A stretch of DNA of 64,000 nucleotides from Planctomycetota bacterium (GTDB taxonomy: Bacteria > Planctomycetota > B15-G4 > JADJEK01). The notes under the pieces were generated by a model, which saw only the letters and a program-made list of their open reading frames with translations, was not told the origin of the DNA and searched no databases. Both the position numbers and the translations under genes were made by a program. The stretch lies in contig JBGAIQ010000005.1 in NCBI GenBank assembly GCA_044225365.1, forward strand, positions 64,001 through 128,000, read 5' to 3'. Positions 49,456-58,482 of the stretch are shown piece after piece (position 1 is the stretch's first letter; every line of letters begins with the position of its first letter).

Positions 49456-49800
49456 ATGATCCGCAAGTACATCCCGTTCGCACTCGGCGGAGTCGTGGTG
49501 GCGATGATCGCCGCCGCGGGCATCCCCTCCGCGCATCGCGACGCTCCGCTCGTGAAGCCCTACGCGCCGATGGCGAAGAAGATCGCGCCCGCTCCCGTTC
49601 CCGACGACGCCACGGAGAGCGAACCGTCGCCGGAACCGGCGCCGCCCGCGGACCACTACAACGCAGAGTGGCATGATCGCTTTCGACTCACCCCGCAGGC
49701 CGCGATCCAGCGCGATCTGCCCAAGGTCGACTTCCAATCGATCCACGAGGCACCCGAGACAGCGGGCAAGTCGAAGTCGAAGGCGAAGGGTCGATCCTGA
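49456..49800 (+). CDS. Small exported/membrane-anchored Pro-rich hypothetical protein
   Basis: RBS GAGGGG; N-terminal hydrophobic segment; follows the pilin cluster. Confidence 0.55.
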   Translation: MIRKYIPFALGGVVVAMIAAAGIPSAHRDAPLVKPYAPMAKKIAPAPVPDDATESEPSPEPAPPADHYNAEWHDRFRLTPQAAIQRDLPKVDFQSIHEAPETAGKSKSKAKGRS

Positions 49801-49849
49801 CGAACGGGCGGGGGACGGATCGCAGCTGGCATCCACTCTCCTCCTCTTC

Positions 49850-50230
49850 GGACCGCCACGCTCCAGCGTGGCATTTGTTCGTCCCATTCCCTCGGTCCCG
49901 TGTCCTCGGACCGCCACGCTCCAGCATGGCATGTGTTCTTCCATTCCATGCCAGGCAGAGCCTGGCGCTCCCCATATCCGGACCGCCACGCTCCAGCGTG
50001 GCATATGTTCTTCCATTCCATGCCAGGCAGAGCCTGGCGCTCCCCATATTCGGACCGCCACGCTCCAGCGTGGCATTTGTTCTTCCATTCCATGCCAGGC
50101 AGAGCCTGGCGCTCCCCATATCCGGACCGCCACGCTCCAGCGCGGCATATGTTCTTCCATTCCATGCCAGGCAGAGCCTGGCGCTCCCCATATCCGGACC
50201 GCCACGCTCCAGCGTGGCATATGTTCTTCC
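49850..50230. repeat. 72-bp tandem array of paired REP-like hairpins (BIME/REPIN-like)
   Basis: GGACC starts at 49850, 49908, 49980, 50052, 50124, 50196; hairpins GCCACGCT-CC-AGCGTGGC (x6) and GCCAGGC-AGA-GCCTGGC (x4). Confidence 0.9.
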
Positions 50231-50384
50231 CGCGCCTCGGTGTCGCCTTGCCCTTCCTCACCCGTCGGTGCGAAGTCTTCGCGGCGTGATCCCGATGCGG
50301 GACACGAGGAGCACCGCACACCCGCTCGCGTCGTTCGAAATTCGAACGAGCCTACGGTTGCACGATTCCATCCGGAACTCGTGA

Positions 50385-51095
50385 CGTCGCTTCGCGACCG
50401 TTCATAAGCGACTCTACCGTTATCGCATCCTCGACAAGCACCGATGTCCGGTCTACTCGATCGCGATCCTCGCCGACGACGATCCCAAGTGGCGGCCCGA
50501 CCGGTTCGAGCAGAGGTTCCACGACGACCTCGTCCTGTTTCGTTTCCGCTCGATCAAGCTGCTCGATCTCCGTCCGCGACTTGCGGAGCTCGAAGCGAGC
50601 CGGAATCCGTTCGCCATCCTCGTTGCGGCATATCTGCGCACGCGCGGCAGCCAGGCCGTTCGAAAGCGATTACAATGGAAGATCGAATTGGTGAACCTGA
50701 TCATCGAGCGCGGCCTCGATCGGGCGAAGATGATTCGCCTCCTGCGGCTCGTCGACTGGGTGATGCGGTTACCAGAAGATCTGAAATCGGAGTTCCACAG
50801 AACCGTGCGCGAGATTTCGGAGCGAAAGTCGATGCCGATCCTCATGAACATCGAGATCGAAGCGATGGAGCGTGGAATCGCGGAGGGATTGGCGGAGGGC
50901 GCAGCGAACGCGAAGCGGTCCGCACTCCTGCGCATCCTCGAGCTGCGATTCGGGCGAATCCCTGAGGTCCTGGCGAGGACCGTGGCTGCGACGAACGACG
51001 TCGCGCGGCTCGACGCCGCGATCGAACTCGCCGTGCTCGCGCCTTCGATCGATGAATTCCGAAGTCGATGTCCCTTCGCCGAACTCTCACCGTAG
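50385..51095 (+). pseudogene. 5'-truncated Rpn/YhgA-like (DUF4351-type) gene
   Basis: Open frame after TGA 50382: 'YRILDKH..PVYSIAILADDDPKWRP', 'NPFA', 'LVDWVMRLP', 'ERGIAEGLAEG', 'LLRILELRFG.IPE'; N-terminal nuclease region absent. Confidence 0.75.
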
Positions 51096-51110
51096 GCGCG
51101 AGCGGAGTCT

Positions 51111-52379
51111 TCAACTCGCGAGCAGACCCGCTCGAACGCGATGCTCGAACGACAAGTACGACACGAGCATCGTGAGGCGCACGATCTCCCGATCGTCGAA
51201 GCCGATTCCGCGGAGCGTCTCGATGTGCTCGCCCTTCGTGCTCGCGGGTGATCGCAGCAATCGCAGCACGTGCTCGAGCACGGTGCGTTCGAAGTCGGAC
51301 GCGCTCAGAGGCACTTCGCCATCCGTGAGTTCTTTGAGCTGAGCGAGCTCGGCGGGATCGACTCCGATCGCGATGGCGCGTTCGCTCGCGTATTTCGCCG
51401 CGCCTTCCGCGAACTCGACCCCCGCCGCGAACGCTTCGATCTTCGCGCGAAGCCGCGCCGAGAGCAGCGGCGTACCGCGCAGTTGAAATGCGCGCCAGGC
51501 GAGGACTCCACGCGCGAGATCTGCGTTGAACGAGAGCGCCGCCACGAGTTCTCGCGGCGCCTCACTGAAAAGTGAGGCGAGTTCGCGAACGAGTGCCTCG
51601 TTCACTGGAAGTCGCGAGAACTCGCCCGCCGAATTCGTCCGCCCTGCGCGCGAGTCCTGACCCGCGATCTCCTCGCGCCGTTCCTGACCGCGCCCCGGTT
51701 CGTACGTCTCGAGATTGCCGCCATACTCGGCAGGGATGCCGAGTCCGTCGGCCATTCGATTCAGGTAGTTGAAATGGGCGCAACCGAGCACGACCTGCGC
51801 GATCTCGAGCTCGTGCATCCCAAGCCCATGCAGGCGAACCCAGTCCCGTTCGCTCGCCTCCCAGGGTGCAAGCGTGAGAGTCTCGACGAACTCCAACATG
51901 GCGCGATCGCGGGGCGAGAGATTCGCGCTGCGAAAGTCACGTTGGAGCCTCGTCGCGAGGTCCTCGTTCTCGGCTGCGACACGCAGAAACTCTGCGTGAG
52001 CCGACGTTCAGTAGAAACAGTCGTTGCTCTGCGAGGTGACCGTGTTGATCATCTCGCGCGTCGCCCAAGGGAGTGCGCGATCGCCCCAGTGGATCGTGTT
52101 CGAGAGGCCGAAGGCGTGCAGCAATCCTTCGGGTTCGAGGCTGTGGCAGCGCACGATGTTGGGAGCATCCCCGGAAGGCGTCGAATACACGGCGGGCCGC
52201 GGCGAGGCGTTCGACCGCATCCGCATGTAGACGTCCGCGAGGGGCCCACCCATCGCCATCGCTTCGGGCACTCCGATCATCCGCACGAAGGCGCGTGCTA
52301 CGGCGGGAGGTTGGCCGGGCGCGCCCAGAGGCTTCGAGTCGTGTTCCTGCATTTCCGGGATTCCCGACATCGGTTCCAT
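51111..52379 (-). CDS. AhpD/peroxidase-related selenoprotein (CxxU) with tandem AhpD-like domains
   Basis: ORFs 52008-52415 and 51111-51899 share one frame, separated only by TGA 52010-52008: 'REMINTVTSQSNDCFY-U-TSAHAEFLR...FNYLNRMADGLG'; start uncertain (52379/52370/52352). Confidence 0.85.
51970..52004 (-). promoter_or_regulatory. Bacterial SECIS-like stem-loop
   Basis: 3 nt after the TGA: TCGGCT-CACGCAGA-GTT-TCTGCGTG-TCGC-AGCCGA; apical G(U) 18 nt from the codon. Confidence 0.8.
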
Positions 52380-52548
52380 GGATCGAAAAGCGGCGCGAAA
52401 GGATAGCGCGGGCAACTTCGAGTGATCGAGTGGTCGCGACGAAATCTCGGGGTATAGTTGGGCGCGGGAGGTTCACCGGCGGGCACCGGTGGACTTCGTC
52501 ACGGATCTAGTCAGTCTCGAAATCCAAACCCCGAAAAGGAGACTCCGC

Positions 52549-53802
52549 ATGTACCGGAGTTCGAAGGCGACACTTTGTGTCGCGACCGCATTCGTTTGCA
52601 CGGTTCTCGGCGCGAACCGTCAGGCGAGCGCGCAGATGTTGTTGACGTTGGAAGGCACCTTCCCGAGCGGCGGCGAGTTCACGATCCACCCACCGGATCC
52701 GTGCAACTACCCGACCCCGGGCCACTTCGTGTGGTTCCTCCCCGACTTCACGTCGAGCTGCGGCTCGATCTTCACCTTCCCGCCGCCGGCCGCCGGACTC
52801 TTCGGTGACGCCGCGAACGACACCCAGAACGACATCCAGTGGATGACCGACGGCATGACCATCGTCGGCTACCAGCAGGGCGTCCCGATGTCGACGCTCG
52901 TCCTCGCGCCAGGCTCGTTGCTGCCGAACCCGCTCACGGGTCTCGGCTTCGATTCTGTGAGCGGTCGGATGTGGCTCACGGACGGCAAGAAGGCCGCCGC
53001 GATCACGGCGCCCTTGCCGGGCTGTGTCGCTTCGCCGACCGTCGCGATCGCGCCGTTCAATCTGCCGGTCGGTTCGGCGACGGCGACCGATATCGAATGG
53101 GACTCGTGGACCAACACGCTGTGGCTCAGTCGCGATGACGGAGTGGTCCAGAACGTCAAGGTCACGGGGACTCCCGGCCCGTTCGGGTCCTTCTCCCCCT
53201 CCGCGTGCTCCCTGACTCTGCCGCACACCGGCATCGCCTTCGATACGGCGACGGGCCAGCTCTACGTCACCGACGGCAAGTTCTTCGAATACGTCGACAA
53301 CACCGGCGCACCGGCCGCACCGACGTTCTACACGCCGAATGCGCCGTGCGCGTCGCCGCCGCCGCCGGGTCCGCCCGCGCTCCTCTCGGGACTCGCCTTC
53401 TCGCCGCGCCCGCTCCACTACGGCAACGGATGCGCGACCGTCGGCAACATCCCGGACATCGGTTTCACCGGTTCGTTCAGCACGACGCCGAACCCGAACT
53501 TCGGCATCACGCTGACCGGTGCGACGCCGCACTCGCTCGCCGTTCTGATCCTCTCGACCGATGCGGCGCAGTGTCAGGCGCTCACGTGGGGTGTCTGCGA
53601 CGTCCTCGTGTTCCCGTTCCTGCTGACGTTCCTCACGTCGACGGACGGTAGCGGTGACGCATCGCAAGCCCTGCCGATCCCGGCGCTGCCGCTCGGCTCG
53701 CCGATCATCGGCCTCACCGTGAAGGCGCAGTGGTTCGTACAGCCGATCCCGATCGGGAAGCAAGCCACGAACGGCCTCGCCTTCACGATCGCCACGAACT
53801 GA
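52549..53802 (+). CDS. Secreted protein with shared C-terminal domain
   Basis: RBS AGGAG; signal peptide; repeated 'TG..FD..G..W/Y.TDG' blades; C-terminus 'HYGNGC...AQWF...TNGL'. Confidence 0.75.
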   Translation: MYRSSKATLCVATAFVCTVLGANRQASAQMLLTLEGTFPSGGEFTIHPPDPCNYPTPGHFVWFLPDFTSSCGSIFTFPPPAAGLFGDAANDTQNDIQWMTDGMTIVGYQQGVPMSTLVLAPGSLLPNPLTGLGFDSVSGRMWLTDGKKAAAITAPLPGCVASPTVAIAPFNLPVGSATATDIEWDSWTNTLWLSRDDGVVQNVKVTGTPGPFGSFSPSACSLTLPHTGIAFDTATGQLYVTDGKFFEYVDNTGAPAAPTFYTPNAPCASPPPPGPPALLSGLAFSPRPLHYGNGCATVGNIPDIGFTGSFSTTPNPNFGITLTGATPHSLAVLILSTDAAQCQALTWGVCDVLVFPFLLTFLTSTDGSGDASQALPIPALPLGSPIIGLTVKAQWFVQPIPIGKQATNGLAFTIATN

Positions 53803-53814
53803 AGAACCGACGCG

Positions 53815-55158
53815 TTGAAGACCGAGAACGAAGGTCGCGGCGAGATCCCATCTCCCGCGCTCCAGCAGTTCCCAGAAAGTTACCGCGAAAACCCCGTCGC
53901 CCATGGAGCCGATACCGATCGGACTCCGTGGGCGACTGCGGCGTTGCTCGGGCTCAGCTCGATGGTGATCGGCGGCTCGGGTCCGGTCTACGACTCCTAC
54001 GTACCGCGTCTCCTCGAGCATCTCCTCGACAAGAACGACCTGCTCGTCGGAATGGCGATGGGCGTCGACAACGTCACTGCACTGCTCCTCGTGCCTTTCT
54101 TCGGCGCATGGAGCGATCGCATACGAACGCCCTTGGGTCGCCGCGTCCCTTTCGTGTTGACGGCGATGCCCGCGCTCGCGCTCGCGTGCGTCGGTCTGCC
54201 CTTCGGCGCCGACCTTGGGATCGCCCTCCTCTTCCTCGCGATCGTCGTCTTCAGCGCCGCATCGGCCGCGATGCGCGCGCCGATGCAGGCCCTCCTCGCG
54301 GACCTCGTCCCCTCGCCGCATCGCACGCGAGTCAACGGGTTGCTGAGCGTGATGATGTGTCTCGGCGCCATGCCGATGATCGCCCTGTCGAGCAAGCTCT
54401 TCGACCGCGACCCCCATCTGCCCTTCGTGCTCGTGGGCTCCCTCATCCTCGTCGTGTGGGTCGTGTACTCCGTCTGGCTGAGAGAGCCCGATTCTCGGGC
54501 CGGGACCGCCCAGTCTCCGACTGCGGGCGAGAAAGAAGACGTCGAGAGCACCGCGACGTTCGGGATGGTGCGCTCGCTCCTCGCGCACCCCGACAAGATG
54601 CTGCTGCGTTTCTTCCTCGGCGCGCTCCTCTTCCACATGGGCTTCCAGGCGTTCTCGTCGTGGTTCACGACGTACGGCGCCGAGCGATATCACGTGCCGA
54701 TCAACGAGTGCTCGAAGGGCTTCATGTTCGTGGGTGCGTCGAACCTCCTCGCCTCGATGCCCGCGGGCTTCGCCGGCGCGCGCTTTGGACGCAAGGCGTG
54801 CTCGCTCTTCGGCATCGTGGGAATGGGGATCTCCTGTGCGGGGCTCCTGCTCGTGACAACGCTCGGACACGCGTACGCTCTGCTCGCGATGTTCGGAGCG
54901 ACGTGGTCGTTCGCGCTCGTCAATCTCGTGCCGATGATGCTCGAGCTCGGAGGCACTCGGCGGGCCGCGACGTTCGCGGGCGCGTTCCTCGTGTGCATGA
55001 GCGTCGGCGGAATGCTCGGTCCTGCGATCTGCGGGCTCGTCTTCGACCTCGCCCACTCGAAGACGCCGTTCTTCGGCGTGCTCACGGCGTATCTCGCCGG
55101 CGCGGGCCTGCTGATCGGATCGCTGCGCCGCGGCTTCGGCGAAGCCGCGTCAGCGTGA
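53815..55158 (+). CDS. MFS transporter (GPH/SLC45-like sugar symporter)
   Basis: About 12 TMs; 'GAWSDRIRTPLGRRVPF', 'ALLADLVP', 'GARFGRK'. Confidence 0.88.
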   Translation: MKTENEGRGEIPSPALQQFPESYRENPVAHGADTDRTPWATAALLGLSSMVIGGSGPVYDSYVPRLLEHLLDKNDLLVGMAMGVDNVTALLLVPFFGAWSDRIRTPLGRRVPFVLTAMPALALACVGLPFGADLGIALLFLAIVVFSAASAAMRAPMQALLADLVPSPHRTRVNGLLSVMMCLGAMPMIALSSKLFDRDPHLPFVLVGSLILVVWVVYSVWLREPDSRAGTAQSPTAGEKEDVESTATFGMVRSLLAHPDKMLLRFFLGALLFHMGFQAFSSWFTTYGAERYHVPINECSKGFMFVGASNLLASMPAGFAGARFGRKACSLFGIVGMGISCAGLLLVTTLGHAYALLAMFGATWSFALVNLVPMMLELGGTRRAATFAGAFLVCMSVGGMLGPAICGLVFDLAHSKTPFFGVLTAYLAGAGLLIGSLRRGFGEAASA

Positions 55159-56712
55159 TCTCAGCTCGCAGAGCACCGAACTCCCACCTCGCACCTTCCG
55201 CGTCGCGACGAGCCCATCGGACTCGACCTCGAGAGTGAGCCAACCGTCGTCGGCCTCGCAAGGCGCCCCCTCGCACCCCGCGACGAACGAGCCGCATTCG
55301 TCGGAGACGCCGGACGCCAGTACGACGTCGCGCTGTCGGAGCACGAACTTCGCACCAGGAACGGGTTTCCCGTCCTGGGAAACGACCTCGCCCGCGATCG
55401 CGAGGGGATCGAACGGAACGTCGATCGCTTTTTCGACGGTCTCTCCTTCACGAAGCTCGAGCGGGATCGCGCGTTCGATCGACCACTGCGGAATCCGGAC
55501 GTACAAGGTTCCGCGGCCGGGTGCGAGATCGTCGCAGCGAAAGCTGCCGAACGCCTGCGGGATCGTGCGAATGCGGTCGTTCGAACGCCATTCGATCGAC
55601 GCCGCGCTGGGGATGCCGGCGAGACGAACGACCCCGCGCAGCGAGGTGGGCGCGGGGACCCGCACGTCCTTGAGGTCGATGCGACCGCTCGCTCCGATCG
55701 AGAATCGCGAGAGTACGAGTGGGCCGGCCCGATAGGGACTGGCGAGAACGAGTTCGTAGTTCGCTCCGGCGAGCAGATCGCTGAAGCGAAACTCGTTGCC
55801 CTGGGCATCGCCCAAGGGCATTTCGTCCGCGCCGACGTGACTCTCGGGCTCGACCGTGATCCCGCGCCGTCGCGCCTCGTGCATCGCCTCCTCGTCTCGA
55901 AGCAGGTCGTGCGGACGGCGCCGAACGCGAAGCGATCGCGTGTCGGAAGCGTCGGCGTCGACGAGCCGCCCCACCGCGCTCGCGCCGCACCTCGCGAGTT
56001 CGATGGGAACGTTGCACCCGTCCAACACAGTCGAAAGGATCGCGTGAAGCCGCGCGGTCTCGTGCCCCGGCGCGGCCACTCTCCACGTGGCGGAGTGCGG
56101 CCATCTCGAGGCCACGCGGACGTGGAGCTGGAACTCGCCCGTCCCAATCGCTTTCACTCCGTTCGCGCTCGTCTCGCCGCACGGACCGAAGATCTCGTCG
56201 GCGCGATCGGCGCGCACGTTGCGCACGGGAAGCTGCTCGTCCCCGGATTCGCACTCGAGATGGAGGGTCGCGGCGAGCGGCTGCGCGCCGATAGGGTCTC
56301 GAACTCTCAAGGCGAGCGTCGCCTCGCCGTGGAGAACGAGGTGCAGCTCACTCCCCTCTTCGATCTCCACGTTCGCCGTGTCCACCGCGCCCGACGCTCC
56401 TCGCAGGTAGACATCGAACGGGCCCTTGCCCTCCGGTCGACGCAGCGAGAAACGCCCCGCCGCGTCGCTCGTCGCTTCGGATTCGACGCTCAGTGAAGGC
56501 CGCTCGAGTTCGAGTTCGGATACTCCGGGAATGATGCGCACGATGGCGATCCTCGCGCCTCGAACGGGCGATCCGCTCTCGCCGGTGACGACTCCAGAGA
56601 CGAACTTCGGCCGTTCCCCACGCTCCGTCTCCGCGCCATTCTCGCACCCGAACATCAGCGCCAGCGCCCCGATCGCCCCGCATACCCTCTGGCGAAGATA
56701 GGCTCCCGACAT
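55150..56712 (-). CDS. Lipoprotein with carboxypeptidase-regulatory-like domains
   Basis: RBS AGGGAGG; 'LMFGC'; 'SGVVTGESGSPVRGARI', 'TSDAAGRF', 'GEVVSQDGKPVPGA'. Confidence 0.7.
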   Translation of the reverse strand: MSGAYLRQRVCGAIGALALMFGCENGAETERGERPKFVSGVVTGESGSPVRGARIAIVRIIPGVSELELERPSLSVESEATSDAAGRFSLRRPEGKGPFDVYLRGASGAVDTANVEIEEGSELHLVLHGEATLALRVRDPIGAQPLAATLHLECESGDEQLPVRNVRADRADEIFGPCGETSANGVKAIGTGEFQLHVRVASRWPHSATWRVAAPGHETARLHAILSTVLDGCNVPIELARCGASAVGRLVDADASDTRSLRVRRRPHDLLRDEEAMHEARRRGITVEPESHVGADEMPLGDAQGNEFRFSDLLAGANYELVLASPYRAGPLVLSRFSIGASGRIDLKDVRVPAPTSLRGVVRLAGIPSAASIEWRSNDRIRTIPQAFGSFRCDDLAPGRGTLYVRIPQWSIERAIPLELREGETVEKAIDVPFDPLAIAGEVVSQDGKPVPGAKFVLRQRDVVLASGVSDECGSFVAGCEGAPCEADDGWLTLEVESDGLVATRKVRGGSSVLCELRSR

Positions 56713-56829
56713 GAAGTCCTCCCTTTCGATGGGACGTGAGTCGGCCCGAGTCCAACCGACTCTCGAGTCCGAGTTCGCAGGGTCGAACGGAAGCTCCGTC
56801 GTGCGGTTCGACTCGTGCCGCTCCTCGCG

Positions 56830-58383
56830 TCAGCGTTCTCCCATCACCTCGATCTCGAGCGGATCGCTGCCCCCGCGAACGTCGAACACGCGGTGCTGCC
56901 GGCCACTGGCTTGGACTTCGATCGTGAATGTACGCGCCAGCTCGTCCTTCGGAATCCGCCAAACGGCTTCGCCCGACGCATCGGTCACCATCGTCGCGAC
57001 GAGGCGCTCTCCCGCAAGGATCGAGATCGGCACGCCCTCGATCGTCGCGGAAGGATGAGACTTCAGGCGAACGACGATCGTGGAGAAATCGATCGAGAGG
57101 TCGAACCTGCGCGGCTCGTTCCTGCCCTCGACCAACGCGATTGGGTAGCTCCGTGTCACGCGCAGTCCGGCCGGGTGGATCTCGAGGACCCCATCGCCGA
57201 TGGGACGGAGTTTCCCGGAGAAGTCGCCGCTCGAGTCCACGTCGATCACCGTGCGAACGTCGCCGGCGCGCCACGTCAGCGTCGCCGCGGATCGCTCGCC
57301 ATTCACGCACACCTGTCCGCTGAATTCTGCATGGGGCGGAGGTGGCGGCGGCACGAGACGCCCGACGTAGAGAGTTTGGGAGCCTTCCACCACATAGCGT
57401 CCGAGCGGCAGATCCGGCGCGTCCGGCCTCGCCGGGTGGAACGAGAGTTCGTATTCCACACCTGACAGAAGGCGGTCGAGCGAGAAGCGAGCGCCCGCGC
57501 CCAGTGGCTGCGACCACTCGTCGCCCGACTCCGCGGTGCTGCACCGCAGGGGGCCTGACGCGCGGACGGCAGCGTCGAGCGGCTCGCGCATCGTCGCGAT
57601 GACGATCCCGTTCCTGTATTCCATGCTCGCTCGTTCGAGGTCGATCGATCCTTCGATTCGCCCGATGCGCGAGATCTCCACGTCGAATGAGGGATCGCGA
57701 TCCTCGAGAGCGGCGAGATCGCATTCGATCCAGCACGGTTGAAAGCCCTCCGCGACGACCTGTGCGCGCAAGAGCGCCGGCGAGCGAAACCGGATCCGGC
57801 CCTGCGGGTCCGTCGACCCCACGAATTCGAATTGGGTGCCCCAGCAACCGAGGGTTCGAATATGTCCTTCGGCGTCGCGCACCGCGCCTCGGATCGTGCA
57901 GCCCGGAACAGGCTGCTTCGTTTTCTTCTCGATGACCTTCAATTCGACGTCGAATGCGTCGTGGAGTACGAGGTCGATCGGCCGCGCGCGATCGGTGAGT
58001 GCGGCGACGTACTCCGATTCCGGGCAAGCGCGAGCGAGTCCATAGATGATCTCGAAGGACACGCCGGGGCCCTCGCACGCGATCTCGAACCTTCCCTCAC
58101 GGTCGGTCGTCGTCGACCCGAGATGGTCGTCGAACTCGGCCTGGCTGGAGGCATCGAGCGATCGGCGCCGAACGCTCTCGAGACGGGCGCCAGCGATCGG
58201 CCATCCCGATTCGGATCGGAGTGTCCCGTGCATGCGCCACGCGAAGCGCGATGCGGCGCGGAAGGATGGCGGATCCGGCTCGCTCGAGAGGAGGAGCGTG
58301 AAGAACAGCACGAGCACGAGGCCCGCGATGCCGGCGCGCTCCATGTCGTCGCGATCGATCATGGAGGGATCATCGCATGGCAA
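56830..58383 (-). CDS. Membrane-anchored protein with carboxypeptidase-regulatory-like domains (paralog of neighbour)
   Basis: N-terminal TM; 'GTLRSESGWPIAGARL', 'TTDREGRF', 'TDPQGR'; C-terminus aligns with 55150-56712; start uncertain. Confidence 0.65.
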   Translation of the reverse strand: MPCDDPSMIDRDDMERAGIAGLVLVLFFTLLLSSEPDPPSFRAASRFAWRMHGTLRSESGWPIAGARLESVRRRSLDASSQAEFDDHLGSTTTDREGRFEIACEGPGVSFEIIYGLARACPESEYVAALTDRARPIDLVLHDAFDVELKVIEKKTKQPVPGCTIRGAVRDAEGHIRTLGCWGTQFEFVGSTDPQGRIRFRSPALLRAQVVAEGFQPCWIECDLAALEDRDPSFDVEISRIGRIEGSIDLERASMEYRNGIVIATMREPLDAAVRASGPLRCSTAESGDEWSQPLGAGARFSLDRLLSGVEYELSFHPARPDAPDLPLGRYVVEGSQTLYVGRLVPPPPPPHAEFSGQVCVNGERSAATLTWRAGDVRTVIDVDSSGDFSGKLRPIGDGVLEIHPAGLRVTRSYPIALVEGRNEPRRFDLSIDFSTIVVRLKSHPSATIEGVPISILAGERLVATMVTDASGEAVWRIPKDELARTFTIEVQASGRQHRVFDVRGGSDPLEIEVMGER

Positions 58384-58426
58384 GGGGAGGAGGAGGGGGA
58401 GGGAAGGGGAAAAGAGAAGAAGAAGA

Positions 58427-58482
58427 GCCAGGCGGAGCCTGGCGGTCCGAAGAGAAGAGCCGGGCGGAGCGCGGCGGTCCGA
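58427..58482 (+). repeat. Two REP-like hairpins of the same family as the 49850 array
   Basis: GCCAGGC-GGA-GCCTGGC-GGTCCGAAGAG and a degenerate copy; the reverse complement of the first 49850 unit reads GCCACGCTGGAGCGTGGCGGTCCGAAGAG. Confidence 0.75.

Noticed and set aside
49850-50230. CRISPR array (palindromic ~35-bp repeat with 72-bp period)
   Set aside because: The intervening sequences are near-identical to each other and themselves palindromic; no unique spacers and no cas genes
49351-50407. Repeat-containing ORFs in several frames across the 72-bp array
   Set aside because: Open frames are a by-product of a 3n-length GC-rich repeat; no RBS or domain signal
56712-56832. Second TGA readthrough: 56830-58383 is in frame with 55150-56712 with no other stop between
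   Set aside because: The downstream gene has its own strong RBS and lipoprotein signal, the two paralogs end at equivalent positions, and there is no Cys-type context for Sec
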